Below are positions 30,178 through 41,159 of a stretch of 64,000 nucleotides of DNA, one piece after another. The stretch is from positions 1 to 64,000 of the IMG/VR virus record IMGVR_UViG_3300021961_000026. One strand, given 5' to 3'. Both the position numbers and the translations under genes were made by a program. The number at the start of each line of letters is the position of its first letter. The first letter of the stretch is position 1. This stretch comes from a virus. Below the pieces are notes generated by a model, which saw only the letters and a list, made by a program, of their open reading frames with translations, was not told where the DNA came from and did not search any database.

Positions 30178-32410
30178 ATGGCAATAATAAAAAAGAAAAT
30201 AGAAAATTTAAAACCACGGAAAAGATTATCTAGTAACAGTTAGAGCAAAAAACTCTGATCTCAATACTTATTCTGATGTAGCGGAATCAATTTTAATATC
30301 TATTCCTAAGGATTCTACAATTCCAGATTATCCAACAAATCTTGCACTTTATGCAAGTTTTGAAAAAGTAATGTTTGTTTTTGATGCGGGAGAAGAGTTA
30401 GACTTATCTCAATATCAATATGAACTTTATAATGCTTCTGCTGTGTCAGGAACTTATCCAAATTATCTAATTACCGAAAGTCCTGTAGTTCAAGGATATT
30501 CCGGTTCTAATGTTTTTACAGTTTCTGTCGTTAACACAACAAAAAATGATGCAGGCACAGTAACTACTAAAAGTTATAAAGGAAGAATTAGATCTATAGA
30601 TACTTCAGGAAATCTGAGTCCATGGTCTCCAATTGTTGCTACCGATCAATCAACACCATTAATTGATAGTCAATATATCAATACGTTAACCGCATCAAAA
30701 ATTACTGCTGGAACAATAAGTTCAGCAGAAATTATTATGTCTGGAAGTAATTCCATACTAAAATCTTCTACTTATGATACATCTCTTGAGCTAGAAGGTT
30801 GGTATATTAGGGGTGATGGTCACTTTAGTTTAGGTGGTCCAAATGGAATTACTTATAATAACTCTACAGTCACAATAGGTTCAGATGTTCAGGTTCAAGC
30901 AAACCTAGCTGCAGACTCCATTAGTGTAGGTTCTGGTTCTAATCAACTTAATATTAATTCTGGAATTAATGCTGGACTTGGAGGTATGACACTTGGTGAT
31001 CCAACTTATAATTACTGGTACGCTAATGGTAACTTTAGCGTTGGTAGCTCTACTGCCTATGTTAGATGGAACGGCACAAGCCTAGAAGTAAGAGGAGCAG
31101 TTACCGCTACAAGTGGATCTTTTACTGGAGCAATTTCTGGATCAACGATTGATATTGGTGGATCAGATTCAACATCTTTTCATGTTGATATAAATGGAAA
31201 TTTATGGGCAGGTGCAGCGACATTTAATACCGCTACAAATCCATTTTCTGTAACATCAGCTGGTGTTTTAAGGGCAACAAATGCAATAATATCTGGAGAT
31301 ATTACCGCAACAAGCGGAACTTTTACTGGAACAATCACTGGCTCAACAATTACTGGAAGTAATATATCAACTGGAGATATATTTATAAGAGAAACTCAAG
31401 CTAGTAACTACTTTTTAACCTACCTTCTTGGTGATTATTTACAGATAAAAAGAACTCAACCAGATTATTCAACTATTACTGGGACAGGTGCTTTTTTGGG
31501 ATATTATAATACCTCAGGTGGCGCAGATACTCCTTACGTAATAGTTAATACACTTTCTCCCTGGCCAGCTGCTGGTGGACACTACGCATACATGAGGCAC
31601 GATGGGATTATTTATGCTACAAATTATATCCAAGCACCAACTTTTTACGGTGCTTTGAGTGGAACAGCATCAAATGCAACTGTTGCTCAATATGTAGCAA
31701 ATGATGCTCACAACGCTCGTTTTCACTGGAGCGGTCAAAGTGGTCAGCCTACTTGGTTATGGGGATCAGATACTGGTATAGACTATTATGTTTGGAATCC
31801 TAGTAATTTTAGTGTTGCCAGTTCAAAATATGTAAAATCAATAAATCCATATGCAGGAGATGCTGAGACTGGGAATAATATAAAAATACAATGGGATCAG
31901 CCATATTTAAGATTTTGGGTTGACGCAACACAAATAACATATTTTAGGAATGGTTCCGGACTAACTGGAACATCGCCAAAGACATTTGTTATTAATCACC
32001 CAGTTCAAAAAGAAAAATTGCTTGTTCATGCATGTGCTGAAGGCCCTACTTCTGATGTGTTCTATCGAGGCAAGGCTAAAGCTATTAAGGGGCATTGTGA
32101 AGTAATGCTCCCTGATTATTTTGAAGAATTAACAGAATTAGATGGCAGAACTATACAGATAACACCGATTTATGAAAAATTAGTTGATGATGAGGAATAT
32201 TGTATAAGCGAAGTAGGAAACCTTGCAGTTAGTGAGATTGTAGATGGTAAATTTAATGTATGTTTTTCTGGGGGGTATTTGTCTGATGAGCAATATTTTT
32301 ATTGGCGTGTTGATGCTATAAGGAAAAATACGTCTTTTGAAGTTGAACCATTAAGATCTGAAATGATAGTATCTGGTGACGGACCATATACATATGCGAT
32401 AAGGAAATAA
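30178..32410 (+). CDS. Tail fibre/spike-like protein (743 aa joined), split at CGG-A (30217)
   Basis: FN3-like N-terminus NLKP-GKDYLVTVRA; ASKITAGTI; C-terminal KTFVINHP..LVHACAEGP. Confidence 0.75.
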
Positions 32411-32412
32411 TA

Positions 32413-32673
32413 ATGTCAAAATTTTTATATACATCTTATTCAAATGTGGATTCAGCTAACTTTGTAATTGCTACTCAGCATAGTGGCGGATTTCCAATAA
32501 GAGGTGGTTTTAAAGATATAGAAGATGCAAAAAGAGTGTGTGACCCATATGTGATTGTTTTAATAGAAATCAAAAATGGTGCAATACAGGATGATGAAGT
32601 AGATTTTCCAGATAATATGGAAATCTATAAAGTCGAAGATGTTTTATCGGTAAGAGTTTTAGAAGATGTATAA
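32413..32673 (+). CDS. Hypothetical protein
   Basis: 86 aa after fibre gene. Confidence 0.6.
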   Translation: MSKFLYTSYSNVDSANFVIATQHSGGFPIRGGFKDIEDAKRVCDPYVIVLIEIKNGAIQDDEVDFPDNMEIYKVEDVLSVRVLEDV

Positions 32674-32678
32674 TCATA

Positions 32679-32708
32679 TTGCAAATTAGTTTTTTTAAAT
32701 GATATAAT
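32679..32708 (+). promoter_or_regulatory. Host sigma-type promoter
   Basis: TTGCAA-18-TATAAT with TG extension. Confidence 0.55.
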
Positions 32709-32737
32709 GTTTTTGAAAATTATTTTTTAGGAGAAAA

Positions 32738-32911
32738 ATGCAAGATCAAAATTTAGATGTAAATATAGTGATTCAATCTTTTCAAGAAAAAGTTTCACAA
32801 CTTATGATGGAAAATATTGTCAAAGATGCTACAATTAAGCAACTAGCTTCTAAAATAGAAGAGTTTGAAATGACATTAGTTGCAAAAAAGGAAAAACAAG
32901 AAAATGAGTGA
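32738..32911 (+). CDS. Small coiled-coil protein
   Basis: MQDQNLDVNIVIQSFQEK.., SD AGGAG; not in ORF track. Confidence 0.55.
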   Translation: MQDQNLDVNIVIQSFQEKVSQLMMENIVKDATIKQLASKIEEFEMTLVAKKEKQENE

Positions 32912-33098
32912 AGTAATCGAAGTTAACGAATCAACACAAGAGCCGAAGAAAGATCTTATTGTTGAGATTAAGATTAGTGACAAAAATCTTTCATACAGAA
33001 GTGATTTTAGTGAAGCTGAAACAATCTTTTGGCTAGAGGCAGTTAAAGATCTTATTCTTAAGAATACATTTAATAGAGCTGGAATAGAAGAACAGTAA
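32904..33098 (+). CDS. Hypothetical protein
   Basis: Probable start MSEVIE. Confidence 0.6.
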   Translation: MSEVIEVNESTQEPKKDLIVEIKISDKNLSYRSDFSEAETIFWLEAVKDLILKNTFNRAGIEEQ

Positions 33099-33159
33099 CT
33101 TATAAAAAATGTACTAAATAAGTACTATTTTTATATATTTATATACATGGAGCTCTGGT

Positions 33160-34821
33160 ATGCCTTTAGCTGATTATATACCTTTTAGGTCTATTGACAA
33201 CATCCCACAAAATAATGCTATAGCTAGAACTATTAGTGGAGATGATGTAAAAAGCGTTTCTAAAACAATGAAAGTCGCTGCCTTAGCTTTAGGCTATCAG
33301 GGTACCAACTATTTTTATACTGGTAGAAGTAATTTTGAACCAGCACCCTATGATTTTGAAAGAATAATTCAAGCTGTTGATACAGATTCTTATGTAAAAC
33401 AAGCTACTTCTAAATATAAAGAATTATTTTGGAAAGAAGGCTGGGAAATAGTTGGTGAAAATCCAGACGCTGTTGCCTACCTTTATCAAAGAATTGATTT
33501 TATGGAAATGGCAATGAAGAGGCCATTTCTTGATTTCTTAATAGAAGTATCAGATCAGCTATTTAAATTCTGTAATGCTTTTATTGTAAAAGCTAGAGGA
33601 GATATCTCTGAGTATTTTCCAGAAACACTTACTCCAGTTTCTGCAACTCAGCCAGTTATTGGATATTATTTGATCCCTACTGAACAAGTAAGAATTCTAA
33701 GAGATAAATACAATAGACCAAAATCTTATCAGCAAGCTACAGATCCCTTAACATATTCACCAACTGACAGAGATCCAGTTTGGGCAGCAGACCGTGTTAT
33801 TCATATGTTTTTTGACAAAAAGACTGGAAGAGCATTTGGTACTCCATTTTTAGGAAATGTTCTAGATGACATTATTGCCTTGCGTCAAATAGAAGAAGAC
33901 GTACAAAACTTAGTGCATAGAGAATTATTCCCACTCTACAAATATAGAATTGGCACTGCAGAACAGCCAGCAGAACCAGATGAAATAGACAACGCTGCTA
34001 TAGAAATTGAAAACCTAAGAGCAGAGGGTGGTTTAATACTTCCATACAGACATGACATTGAGGTTATTGGCGCTGGAAATACAGCACTTGATGCTACATC
34101 ATACTTAGAGCATTTTAAAGAAAGAGTTGCAGTTGGCCTCGGATTAGCCCCCCATCACCTTGGAATGAGCATGAATGGTGGGAATAGATCTATGACAGAT
34201 AGATTGGATACGGCTCTTTACGATAAGATAAAACAATATCAAAAACTCTTTGCGGAGATGGTTCGTGTTCATATATTTAATGAACTTTTGTTTGAAGGCG
34301 GATTTGATCCAATTGCAAATCCAATTGAAGATGGAATTTCAGATAGATGCTATTTTAAATTTAATGAAATAGATGTTGATACTCAAGTTAAAAAAGAAAC
34401 ACATATCATACAGAAATATACAAACTCTGTAATCACATTAACTGAGGCAAGAACTGCACTAGGGATGGATCCAGAAGCGGATGAAGAAGGCTTATTTTCC
34501 GCTATGCAATCTAAGCTTCAAATAGATATGGCAAAGGCACAATCAGATATAGCAAGCAAAAATGTCCCAGAACCAAAAGCTGATTCTTCTGACAAACAAA
34601 ACTCTGCAACTACGGGCCAAAGAAATCTTCCAAATAATAGAAGAGGAGTAGGAAATACTATCCGTCCAGCAAATCAACAAGGGCGCAAAACTTCTCCAGA
34701 TATTAGAAGATCAGACTTATCATGGTTAAGTGTAATTGAAAATCTGCTTGAATCAGACTATACTGTAGTCTATACAGACGAGCAGAAAGAAAATAATAAT
34801 GGCATTGGAATTAAAGACTGA
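33160..34821 (+). CDS. Portal protein
   Basis: 553 aa between TerL and head genes; VIHM..GRAFGTP, LGLAPHHLG portal-like patterns. Confidence 0.85.
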   Translation: MPLADYIPFRSIDNIPQNNAIARTISGDDVKSVSKTMKVAALALGYQGTNYFYTGRSNFEPAPYDFERIIQAVDTDSYVKQATSKYKELFWKEGWEIVGENPDAVAYLYQRIDFMEMAMKRPFLDFLIEVSDQLFKFCNAFIVKARGDISEYFPETLTPVSATQPVIGYYLIPTEQVRILRDKYNRPKSYQQATDPLTYSPTDRDPVWAADRVIHMFFDKKTGRAFGTPFLGNVLDDIIALRQIEEDVQNLVHRELFPLYKYRIGTAEQPAEPDEIDNAAIEIENLRAEGGLILPYRHDIEVIGAGNTALDATSYLEHFKERVAVGLGLAPHHLGMSMNGGNRSMTDRLDTALYDKIKQYQKLFAEMVRVHIFNELLFEGGFDPIANPIEDGISDRCYFKFNEIDVDTQVKKETHIIQKYTNSVITLTEARTALGMDPEADEEGLFSAMQSKLQIDMAKAQSDIASKNVPEPKADSSDKQNSATTGQRNLPNNRRGVGNTIRPANQQGRKTSPDIRRSDLSWLSVIENLLESDYTVVYTDEQKENNNGIGIKD

Positions 34822-35158
34822 TATTAATATTCCCTATCTTGACACCGAAGATGCTTTTGAGATCTTTGAAACAGTAGTTCAAAATGGTCAAACGCGCCTA
34901 GCACTAGAAGTTCTTGTTGATATTATGGTTGCGCTTTTAAATAAAGTCAATGAACTTGACGAAGCAGTTTCAGAAATTGTTTCATTTTTGTCCGAAGATT
35001 CAGAGCCTCAAGCTCAAGAATCAGTTGATCAATCAAAGGTTGAGGTAAAGACCGAAACGCCAATTGAAGAAGAGCATCCCAAAGAAAAAGAAACTAAGGT
35101 AGAGGCTCCAGCACCGAAGCAAAAAATCAAAAAAGAAGAAACTGAATCAAAAGAATAA
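34799..35158 (+). CDS. Acidic hypothetical protein
   Basis: 119 aa. Confidence 0.65.
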   Translation: MALELKTDINIPYLDTEDAFEIFETVVQNGQTRLALEVLVDIMVALLNKVNELDEAVSEIVSFLSEDSEPQAQESVDQSKVEVKTETPIEEEHPKEKETKVEAPAPKQKIKKEETESKE

Positions 35159-35159
35159 A

Positions 35160-35939
35160 ATGAAACTTATAATAGGATGCCCAATTTATAAAAGAGATTG
35201 GATTATTCATCATTGGATTAAGTCTCTATTAAAACAGTCAATTGATCTTTCAGATGTTGGTTTTGTTTTTGAAACATCGCCAGACGATTTGTCTACGGTG
35301 CATTCTTTATCAACTTGGAAAAATATGGACAAAAGAATTCCATTATTTTTAATAAATGAAAGAACAGATATTCCTCATTTTTCCCATGATGATAATACAA
35401 GACAATGGACAATCTCAAAATATCATAATATGGTTTCTCTAAGAAATTCAATTTTAAAAACTGTTAGAGAATATCAACCAGATTATTACCTGAGCCTTGA
35501 TTCTGATATTTTGCTAGAGAATCCAAATACCATAGAATTATTAATAGCTCATATTAATTCTGGCGCAGATGCTGTTAGCCCATTAATGTTTATGACTCCA
35601 GTTGGAACTAACTTCCCTAGTGTCATGACATGGAAAGATAGTTTCCACGATAAGGCATATAGGCAGCAGTCATATCCTATTGGAACTTATTTTAAATCCG
35701 ACATTATTATGGCAGCAAAGATGATGTCTAAAGATGTCTATAACAATGTTGACTACGAGTTTCATTCTCAAGGGGAAGATCTAGGATGGTGCAGAAATGC
35801 CCACAAAAAGGGCTTTAGTCTTTATTCTGCTTCCTATATTTATGCCCCCCATATAATGGGTCAAACTATGTTAGATTTTTATTTAAAAAATGGTGACGAT
35901 AGAATTAAGCTTACACTTGAAAACTATAATAAAGTCTGA
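35160..35939 (+). CDS. GT-A (family 2-like) glycosyltransferase
   Basis: LIIGCPIYKR, LRN, YYLSLDSD (DxD), GEDLGWC. Confidence 0.8.
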   Translation: MKLIIGCPIYKRDWIIHHWIKSLLKQSIDLSDVGFVFETSPDDLSTVHSLSTWKNMDKRIPLFLINERTDIPHFSHDDNTRQWTISKYHNMVSLRNSILKTVREYQPDYYLSLDSDILLENPNTIELLIAHINSGADAVSPLMFMTPVGTNFPSVMTWKDSFHDKAYRQQSYPIGTYFKSDIIMAAKMMSKDVYNNVDYEFHSQGEDLGWCRNAHKKGFSLYSASYIYAPHIMGQTMLDFYLKNGDDRIKLTLENYNKV

Positions 35940-36018
35940 TATATTTATATAAAATTGTTCAATGTTATAAAAACAAATTTACTATAGTCTAAGAATAAGA
36001 TATAAAAAGGAAAAAAAA

Positions 36019-37603
36019 ATGTCTTTTGATTTTGTAGAGAACTTTACAGTTCAACTGCCTAATTTTGCAGATTCAAATTATGATTTCTCTGAGGCATTTA
36101 ACTCAAAGCATGGATTAATTATTGAAGTTGCTGCAATCCACGAACGGACTAACTGCCAACTACAATAACTACTCATCAGCTGAGTTAGAAAGAGCTCTCC
36201 AATCTTGGGTTGAGCCTTATCCTAAACCAATTATCCTCAATCATGATCTTAACTCAGAACCAATTGGTAGAGTTATGGCTGCAAGAATGGATAAGGAAGC
36301 TGATGGATCTTCATACGTTAGATTACAGATTGCAATCACTGATCCAGTCGCTGCACAAAAAGTAGCAGATAAAAGGTATCTTACCGGTTCAGTTGGAGGA
36401 AGAGCTGCAAAAGCAGTTTGCTCAATTTCTGGAGAAGATCTAGCACAAGAAGATGCTAACGGAAGACCAAGAGTTCCCAAATATAAAAGGGGATCAGTTT
36501 ACAAGGGCAAAGTTGCATACATTGATATGCAAGATATTTCCTTTAAAGAATATTCTTTTGTAAATCAGCCAGCAGACCAGCGATCTGGCGTAAGAAATGC
36601 AAAGTCTGGTGATGGCGCAGCAGTTACTGATTCTGAGAATTGGGTAGCAAGAAGCACAGCGTTCGTTCTTCATATGGATAGTGAAGATATAGTTTCTTTG
36701 GAAGAGAATGAATCTATTCTAAAGAATATGAAAAAGAAAGAATCTAAGCCAATTTATTTGCACCTCAAAGGTGCCTTTTTGACAGCTCTTGCTTTGCAAG
36801 AGAGTGAAACTAGTAATAATAAGGCCTCATCATTACTATCTAGTGAAGATTCTGTAAAAAACAACTCTGAGGAGAATAATAACATGGAAGATGTTATTGA
36901 AAAAGAAGACATTCTTGCCGTAGCCGAAGGCTTAAGTGAGGATCTTTCTAACATCGCAGCAGGAAATGCTAGCGAAGATGCAGAAAAAGCAGAGGAAAGC
37001 TCTGAAACTGCACGTGAAGCCTCAGAAGAGGCTAATGAGAACTCTGATGACGATTCAGAAAAAGCGGATGAACAGGCTGAAGAAGTTGTTGATTCCGAGG
37101 AAGCTGAAGAGCCAAAAGAGTCATCTGATGAAAAAACAGCATCAGATGATGAACCAAAAGAGTCTGCTGAGCAAGCCGATGAACTCAATGCGGATAAAGC
37201 TGATGACGTTGAGCAAGATACTGCACAGCAAGATGAAATCATCAAGACTCTCGAGGATGAAAATGCTCGTCTCAAGGCAGCATTGCACAAGACCCTAGCT
37301 GAAAGAGTCGTAGACACAAAGATTGGTCTAGGCCTCGAATCTGCAGAAGAAAGAGAAAATCTTATTGAGGATCATGTAAAGAGAACTGCTTCTTCTTTAG
37401 CTGATTCAATGAGAGATCTTGCAAAGCTGCCCGCAGCTTCAAAGAGATCAGTTTCTGTTCCAACAATTGAATCTGAGCTTACTGTTAGTGAAGAAGAAAA
37501 TGTTGTAACAATTGACGCAGAAGTTTCAGAAAAGGTTGAGTCTGATGAAGACGCCTTGGAAAAGCTTTTCGTAGATGCCCTCATGGGTAGACGTAAACTC
37601 TAA
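36019..37603 (+). CDS. Prohead protease fused to acidic scaffold (527 aa joined), split at CGG-A (36145)
   Basis: VAAIHE-GLTAN; ILNHD..PIGRV, YLTGSVG, EYSFVNQPAD; internal SD GAGGAG + ATG at 36884. Confidence 0.85.
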
Positions 37604-37632
37604 TTATCAAATAAATAAGGAGATATAAAAAA

Positions 37633-38406
37633 ATGAGTTTAGCAAAATTCCGCAAGGTAGGTACAAAGACTGGTTCAGGTCGCTTTGTAGTTTCTGAGGG
37701 TATTGCCCCAGCAGCTTATTTGCTTCCACACCCAGGTCTTCCAACTTGGTACTTTGACAGTGAAGATGATCGTTTTGAGATTGTCATCACAAAGGGTACC
37801 ATTCTTTCAGTTGTCGCTGATTCAAACGGCGATGCAAGAATTGTTCCAGCAAATGGTACCAGCTCATCAAAGAGCTGGGGCGACTCAATGCCATCAACCT
37901 GGGACCCACTAGATGGCGCAACTCCAAACTATAGCTCGGGTGCAACTGACACAGTCAGCGTTCCAGCTAGATCAATTCCAATTGGTGTTGCACAGTATGA
38001 CCTCTATCGTCCCTTTGACAAGGGCACCTCACAGGGTGCTGGCTTCATTACCCATGGTTATGTTGAGTATCCAATGGTTTCTGGAGTTAACGCAGATGTT
38101 ACCGTTGGTAGCGTTGTTCGTTCAGACGTAATGGGTCGTCCAGTCCTTGCAGCTGCAAGTGACTTCTACGACAGCAGCGCAGTCTATGCCTACCTCCAGG
38201 TTGGCAAGGTTGTTGAGGTTGAAAAGTTTGCAACCAACTTCGATGATGGCTTGCTTTCATATATGCAGCTTCCATCAGATCCAGGTGCACTTAAGACAGT
38301 GTACGAACTTACCCGTGCAGGAAGCTTCTCAGGTAAGCTAGGCATTCGTTCAAACCTGGACGTTAACAATGTTATTGGCGCATTCCGCGTCAATTTAACA
38401 ATATAA
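37633..38406 (+). CDS. Capsid decoration/minor head protein
   Basis: Between scaffold and major capsid gene; beta-rich. Confidence 0.65.
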   Translation: MSLAKFRKVGTKTGSGRFVVSEGIAPAAYLLPHPGLPTWYFDSEDDRFEIVITKGTILSVVADSNGDARIVPANGTSSSKSWGDSMPSTWDPLDGATPNYSSGATDTVSVPARSIPIGVAQYDLYRPFDKGTSQGAGFITHGYVEYPMVSGVNADVTVGSVVRSDVMGRPVLAAASDFYDSSAVYAYLQVGKVVEVEKFATNFDDGLLSYMQLPSDPGALKTVYELTRAGSFSGKLGIRSNLDVNNVIGAFRVNLTI

Positions 38407-38434
38407 AAAAGATAACAGGAGGAATAATCCTAAG

Positions 38435-39493
38435 ATGAGTAAGACAATCCAAGAACTCCTCTCAGGTCTCCCAGCTTGGGAAACCGCATTGGCTGAGGAC
38501 GGGTACATCGATGGAGACAACAGAGTAACGATTAAGGAAGCTTTTGCATCACCAGATGCAGCAGCGTTGTTCCCCAAGGTTATCTCTCGTACTCTGAAGG
38601 AAGCTGCAGAGCCACAATTACTTGTGACTCCACTTCTTTCAACAGTTCGCCTTGGCAAGGGGCGCTCCTTGGAGTTTCCAGCAGTCAATGCAATTCAAGC
38701 TGCAGAGATTCCTGAAGGTCAGGAATACCCAGAGCAAGCACTCGCCTTCGCAAAGCAGGTAGAGGGCAAAGTTTCAAAGAAAGGTGTAAAGCTTGCTTTC
38801 ACCGAAGAAGTCATCGCTGACTCACTTTGGGACATTGTCGGTCTACATGTCCGCGCTGCAGGCCGTGCTATGGCTCGTCTGAAAGAGCAAATTGCACTAA
38901 GCCGTTTCAAAGATGCTGCAACAATCGTCTTTGACAACGACAGTGGTTCATACGATGATACAACCGGTCGTGACATCAATGGCGCTGCCAATTTGACCGT
39001 CACCTGGGATGACATCGTTGACATGGCTGCTGTACTAATGGCTGAAAATCATGTTCCAACCGACTTCATTCTTCACCCACTCATGTGGTCGATCTTCCTT
39101 AAGGATAGCATCTTCCACGCCGGTGGTGCAGCATCAGCAGTTGGTACTAGCTGGGGCTATCGTCCCCAGTCACCAGAGGCAGCACTCAATGCTACCGCTC
39201 CAATGGGTCTAAATGTGCTCGTTTCACCATTCGTAAGCTTTACAGCTAAGAGTGGCGCAACAGCAGCTAAGTCAGACCTTTTCTTGATTGACCGCAACGA
39301 GGTTGGTACACTCCTCGTTAAGGATGACATGAGCACTGATCAATTCGATGATCCAAGCCGTGACATTCGTTCAATGAAGATGAAAGAGCGTTATGACATC
39401 GTGATGCTTGGTGACGGTGAAGGTATCACTGTTGCAAAGAACGTTAGACTTGCTCGTAACTACGACGTTCAAGTTACCAACGAAATGGCCTAA
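38435..39493 (+). CDS. Major capsid protein
   Basis: 352 aa; IPEGQEYP, KKGVKLAFTEEVIADS, strong SD AGGAGG; followed by terminator. Confidence 0.9.
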   Translation: MSKTIQELLSGLPAWETALAEDGYIDGDNRVTIKEAFASPDAAALFPKVISRTLKEAAEPQLLVTPLLSTVRLGKGRSLEFPAVNAIQAAEIPEGQEYPEQALAFAKQVEGKVSKKGVKLAFTEEVIADSLWDIVGLHVRAAGRAMARLKEQIALSRFKDAATIVFDNDSGSYDDTTGRDINGAANLTVTWDDIVDMAAVLMAENHVPTDFILHPLMWSIFLKDSIFHAGGAASAVGTSWGYRPQSPEAALNATAPMGLNVLVSPFVSFTAKSGATAAKSDLFLIDRNEVGTLLVKDDMSTDQFDDPSRDIRSMKMKERYDIVMLGDGEGITVAKNVRLARNYDVQVTNEMA

Positions 39494-39533
39494 TAAGCCT
39501 TAGGGCGTTATAGTTACGAACACCCTGGTGATT

Positions 39534-39568
39534 GGGGGGCGGAAGATTAAATTCTACCGCCCCCCTTT
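39534..39568 (+). terminator. Terminator after major capsid gene
   Basis: GGGGGGCGG...CCGCCCCCC-TTT. Confidence 0.8.
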
Positions 39569-39627
39569 CGCATATTTGCTATCTAGTTGTTACTATAAAC
39601 TAAGAGATTTTTTTGGGAGAATGTTGA

Positions 39628-40395
39628 ATGGCCCTATTTTTAATTGATCAGGCAAAAGTAAATGTTTATAGTGTATCGATTAAATTTGGTAGAACAGTAA
39701 AAGTTACTTCACTTAAAAATGAAAATTTTAAAGTCTACAAAGATGTTGCTACCCCAGTTTTAGTTAGTGCTCCATTTGACACTATAGATACAATTAAAGA
39801 TTATAATCAAATTTCTAGAACTCTTACTTTATATTGGAGAACAACTCTAGAAAATAATCAAGATTATTATATTGATGTAGTCAGTTTAGTTGATGCATCC
39901 GGCTCTGTAGTTACTTCTGAGAAGGTTACATTTACCTATGTAACTTCAGCTACACCCAGTACCGAAGACTATAGAACTCCAATATTAAGTCCTGTTCTCA
40001 TTGAAGATAAATCAATAAAAACTGATATAGATATAAGTTATCAAGTTTTAGCTAAAAACCCTAAATTTTACATTGATTCTGTAGACCCAGGGAATGGTTC
40101 ATTCTATATTGAAAATAATTTCAATAACGGAAGAGCAATAATAATATTTAATGAAAGACCAGCTTCAAACTTTTTAAGCAATAGATATTTTATAGTTCAA
40201 AGAAAAAAGATACAAAAAGCTCCTTCTAGATGGGAAAATCTAACTACGAATGTCTCGATGCACTCGTGGAAACCGGAAGTTTACATAGATTTTCCTTCAC
40301 TCGACGCAACACCATCTTTTTTTGCTGACAATAAAGATTATTTTGAAAAAGGTTATAAATACAGAATAACTGTATCTAAAGATATAGGTATATAA
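39628..40395 (+). CDS. Ig-like virion protein
   Basis: Beta-sandwich-like; TACTATA upstream. Confidence 0.6.
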   Translation: MALFLIDQAKVNVYSVSIKFGRTVKVTSLKNENFKVYKDVATPVLVSAPFDTIDTIKDYNQISRTLTLYWRTTLENNQDYYIDVVSLVDASGSVVTSEKVTFTYVTSATPSTEDYRTPILSPVLIEDKSIKTDIDISYQVLAKNPKFYIDSVDPGNGSFYIENNFNNGRAIIIFNERPASNFLSNRYFIVQRKKIQKAPSRWENLTTNVSMHSWKPEVYIDFPSLDATPSFFADNKDYFEKGYKYRITVSKDIGI

Positions 40396-40397
40396 GA

Positions 40398-40811
40398 ATG
40401 GCCAATTTCATTTATAATAAAGCAAAAGAATCAATGCTTTCAGGATTAATAAATTTATCAACAAAAAAAATTAGAGCTCTTTTAATTAATAACTCTTTAT
40501 ATAGTCCAAATATAAATTCTGATCAATACGTATCACAAATACCAGTTTCTGCTATTAAGAAAAGATCAGGTGATTTAGACAATGTTACATTTTCACTTGG
40601 AGTGGTTGATGCAAGTGATCTAATAATAGCAGATCATGATGGATCTGCATTTAATTCAATTATTTGTTATCAAGTAGGCACTTCGGATTCTGATGCTATA
40701 TTGCTATTTTACATAGATACAGCAGTTGGGCTGCCCTTCTCTGGGTCTAATACTGAATTGCCAGTCACCATAATATGGGATAATGGTGCAAATAAAATAA
40801 TAGCTTTATAG
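40398..40811 (+). CDS. Virion structural protein
   Basis: 137 aa in structural operon. Confidence 0.6.
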   Translation: MANFIYNKAKESMLSGLINLSTKKIRALLINNSLYSPNINSDQYVSQIPVSAIKKRSGDLDNVTFSLGVVDASDLIIADHDGSAFNSIICYQVGTSDSDAILLFYIDTAVGLPFSGSNTELPVTIIWDNGANKIIAL

Positions 40812-40818
40812 GAGAAAA

Positions 40819-41157
40819 ATGGCCACACAATATCCTAACTCATTAGATAATTTCATTAATCCAACTGCTACAGATACATTAAATTCTGGTACCGTACCGC
40901 ACGCTGATCAGCATGCAAATCTCAATGATGCTGTTGAAGCAATTCAAACTGTAATGGGACTAAATCCAGCTGGTGCACATCTAACAGTTAAGGACAGAAT
41001 AATCTATGCAGAAGCACAAATTAGTAATCAATCTGTTCTCAATGGCTTAACCGATGTTACTATTGCAACAGTAAATAGTGGCGATGTTTTGCGCTATAAC
41101 GGAACCCAATGGGTAAATTACTCTGAAGAAAATTTAGTTGATGGAGGAAACTTCTAA
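40819..41157 (+). CDS. Short fibre-associated protein
   Basis: LTDVTI..GDVLRYNGTQWVN motif; ends DGGNF. Confidence 0.6.
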   Translation: MATQYPNSLDNFINPTATDTLNSGTVPHADQHANLNDAVEAIQTVMGLNPAGAHLTVKDRIIYAEAQISNQSVLNGLTDVTIATVNSGDVLRYNGTQWVNYSEENLVDGGNF

Positions 41158-41159
41158 AA

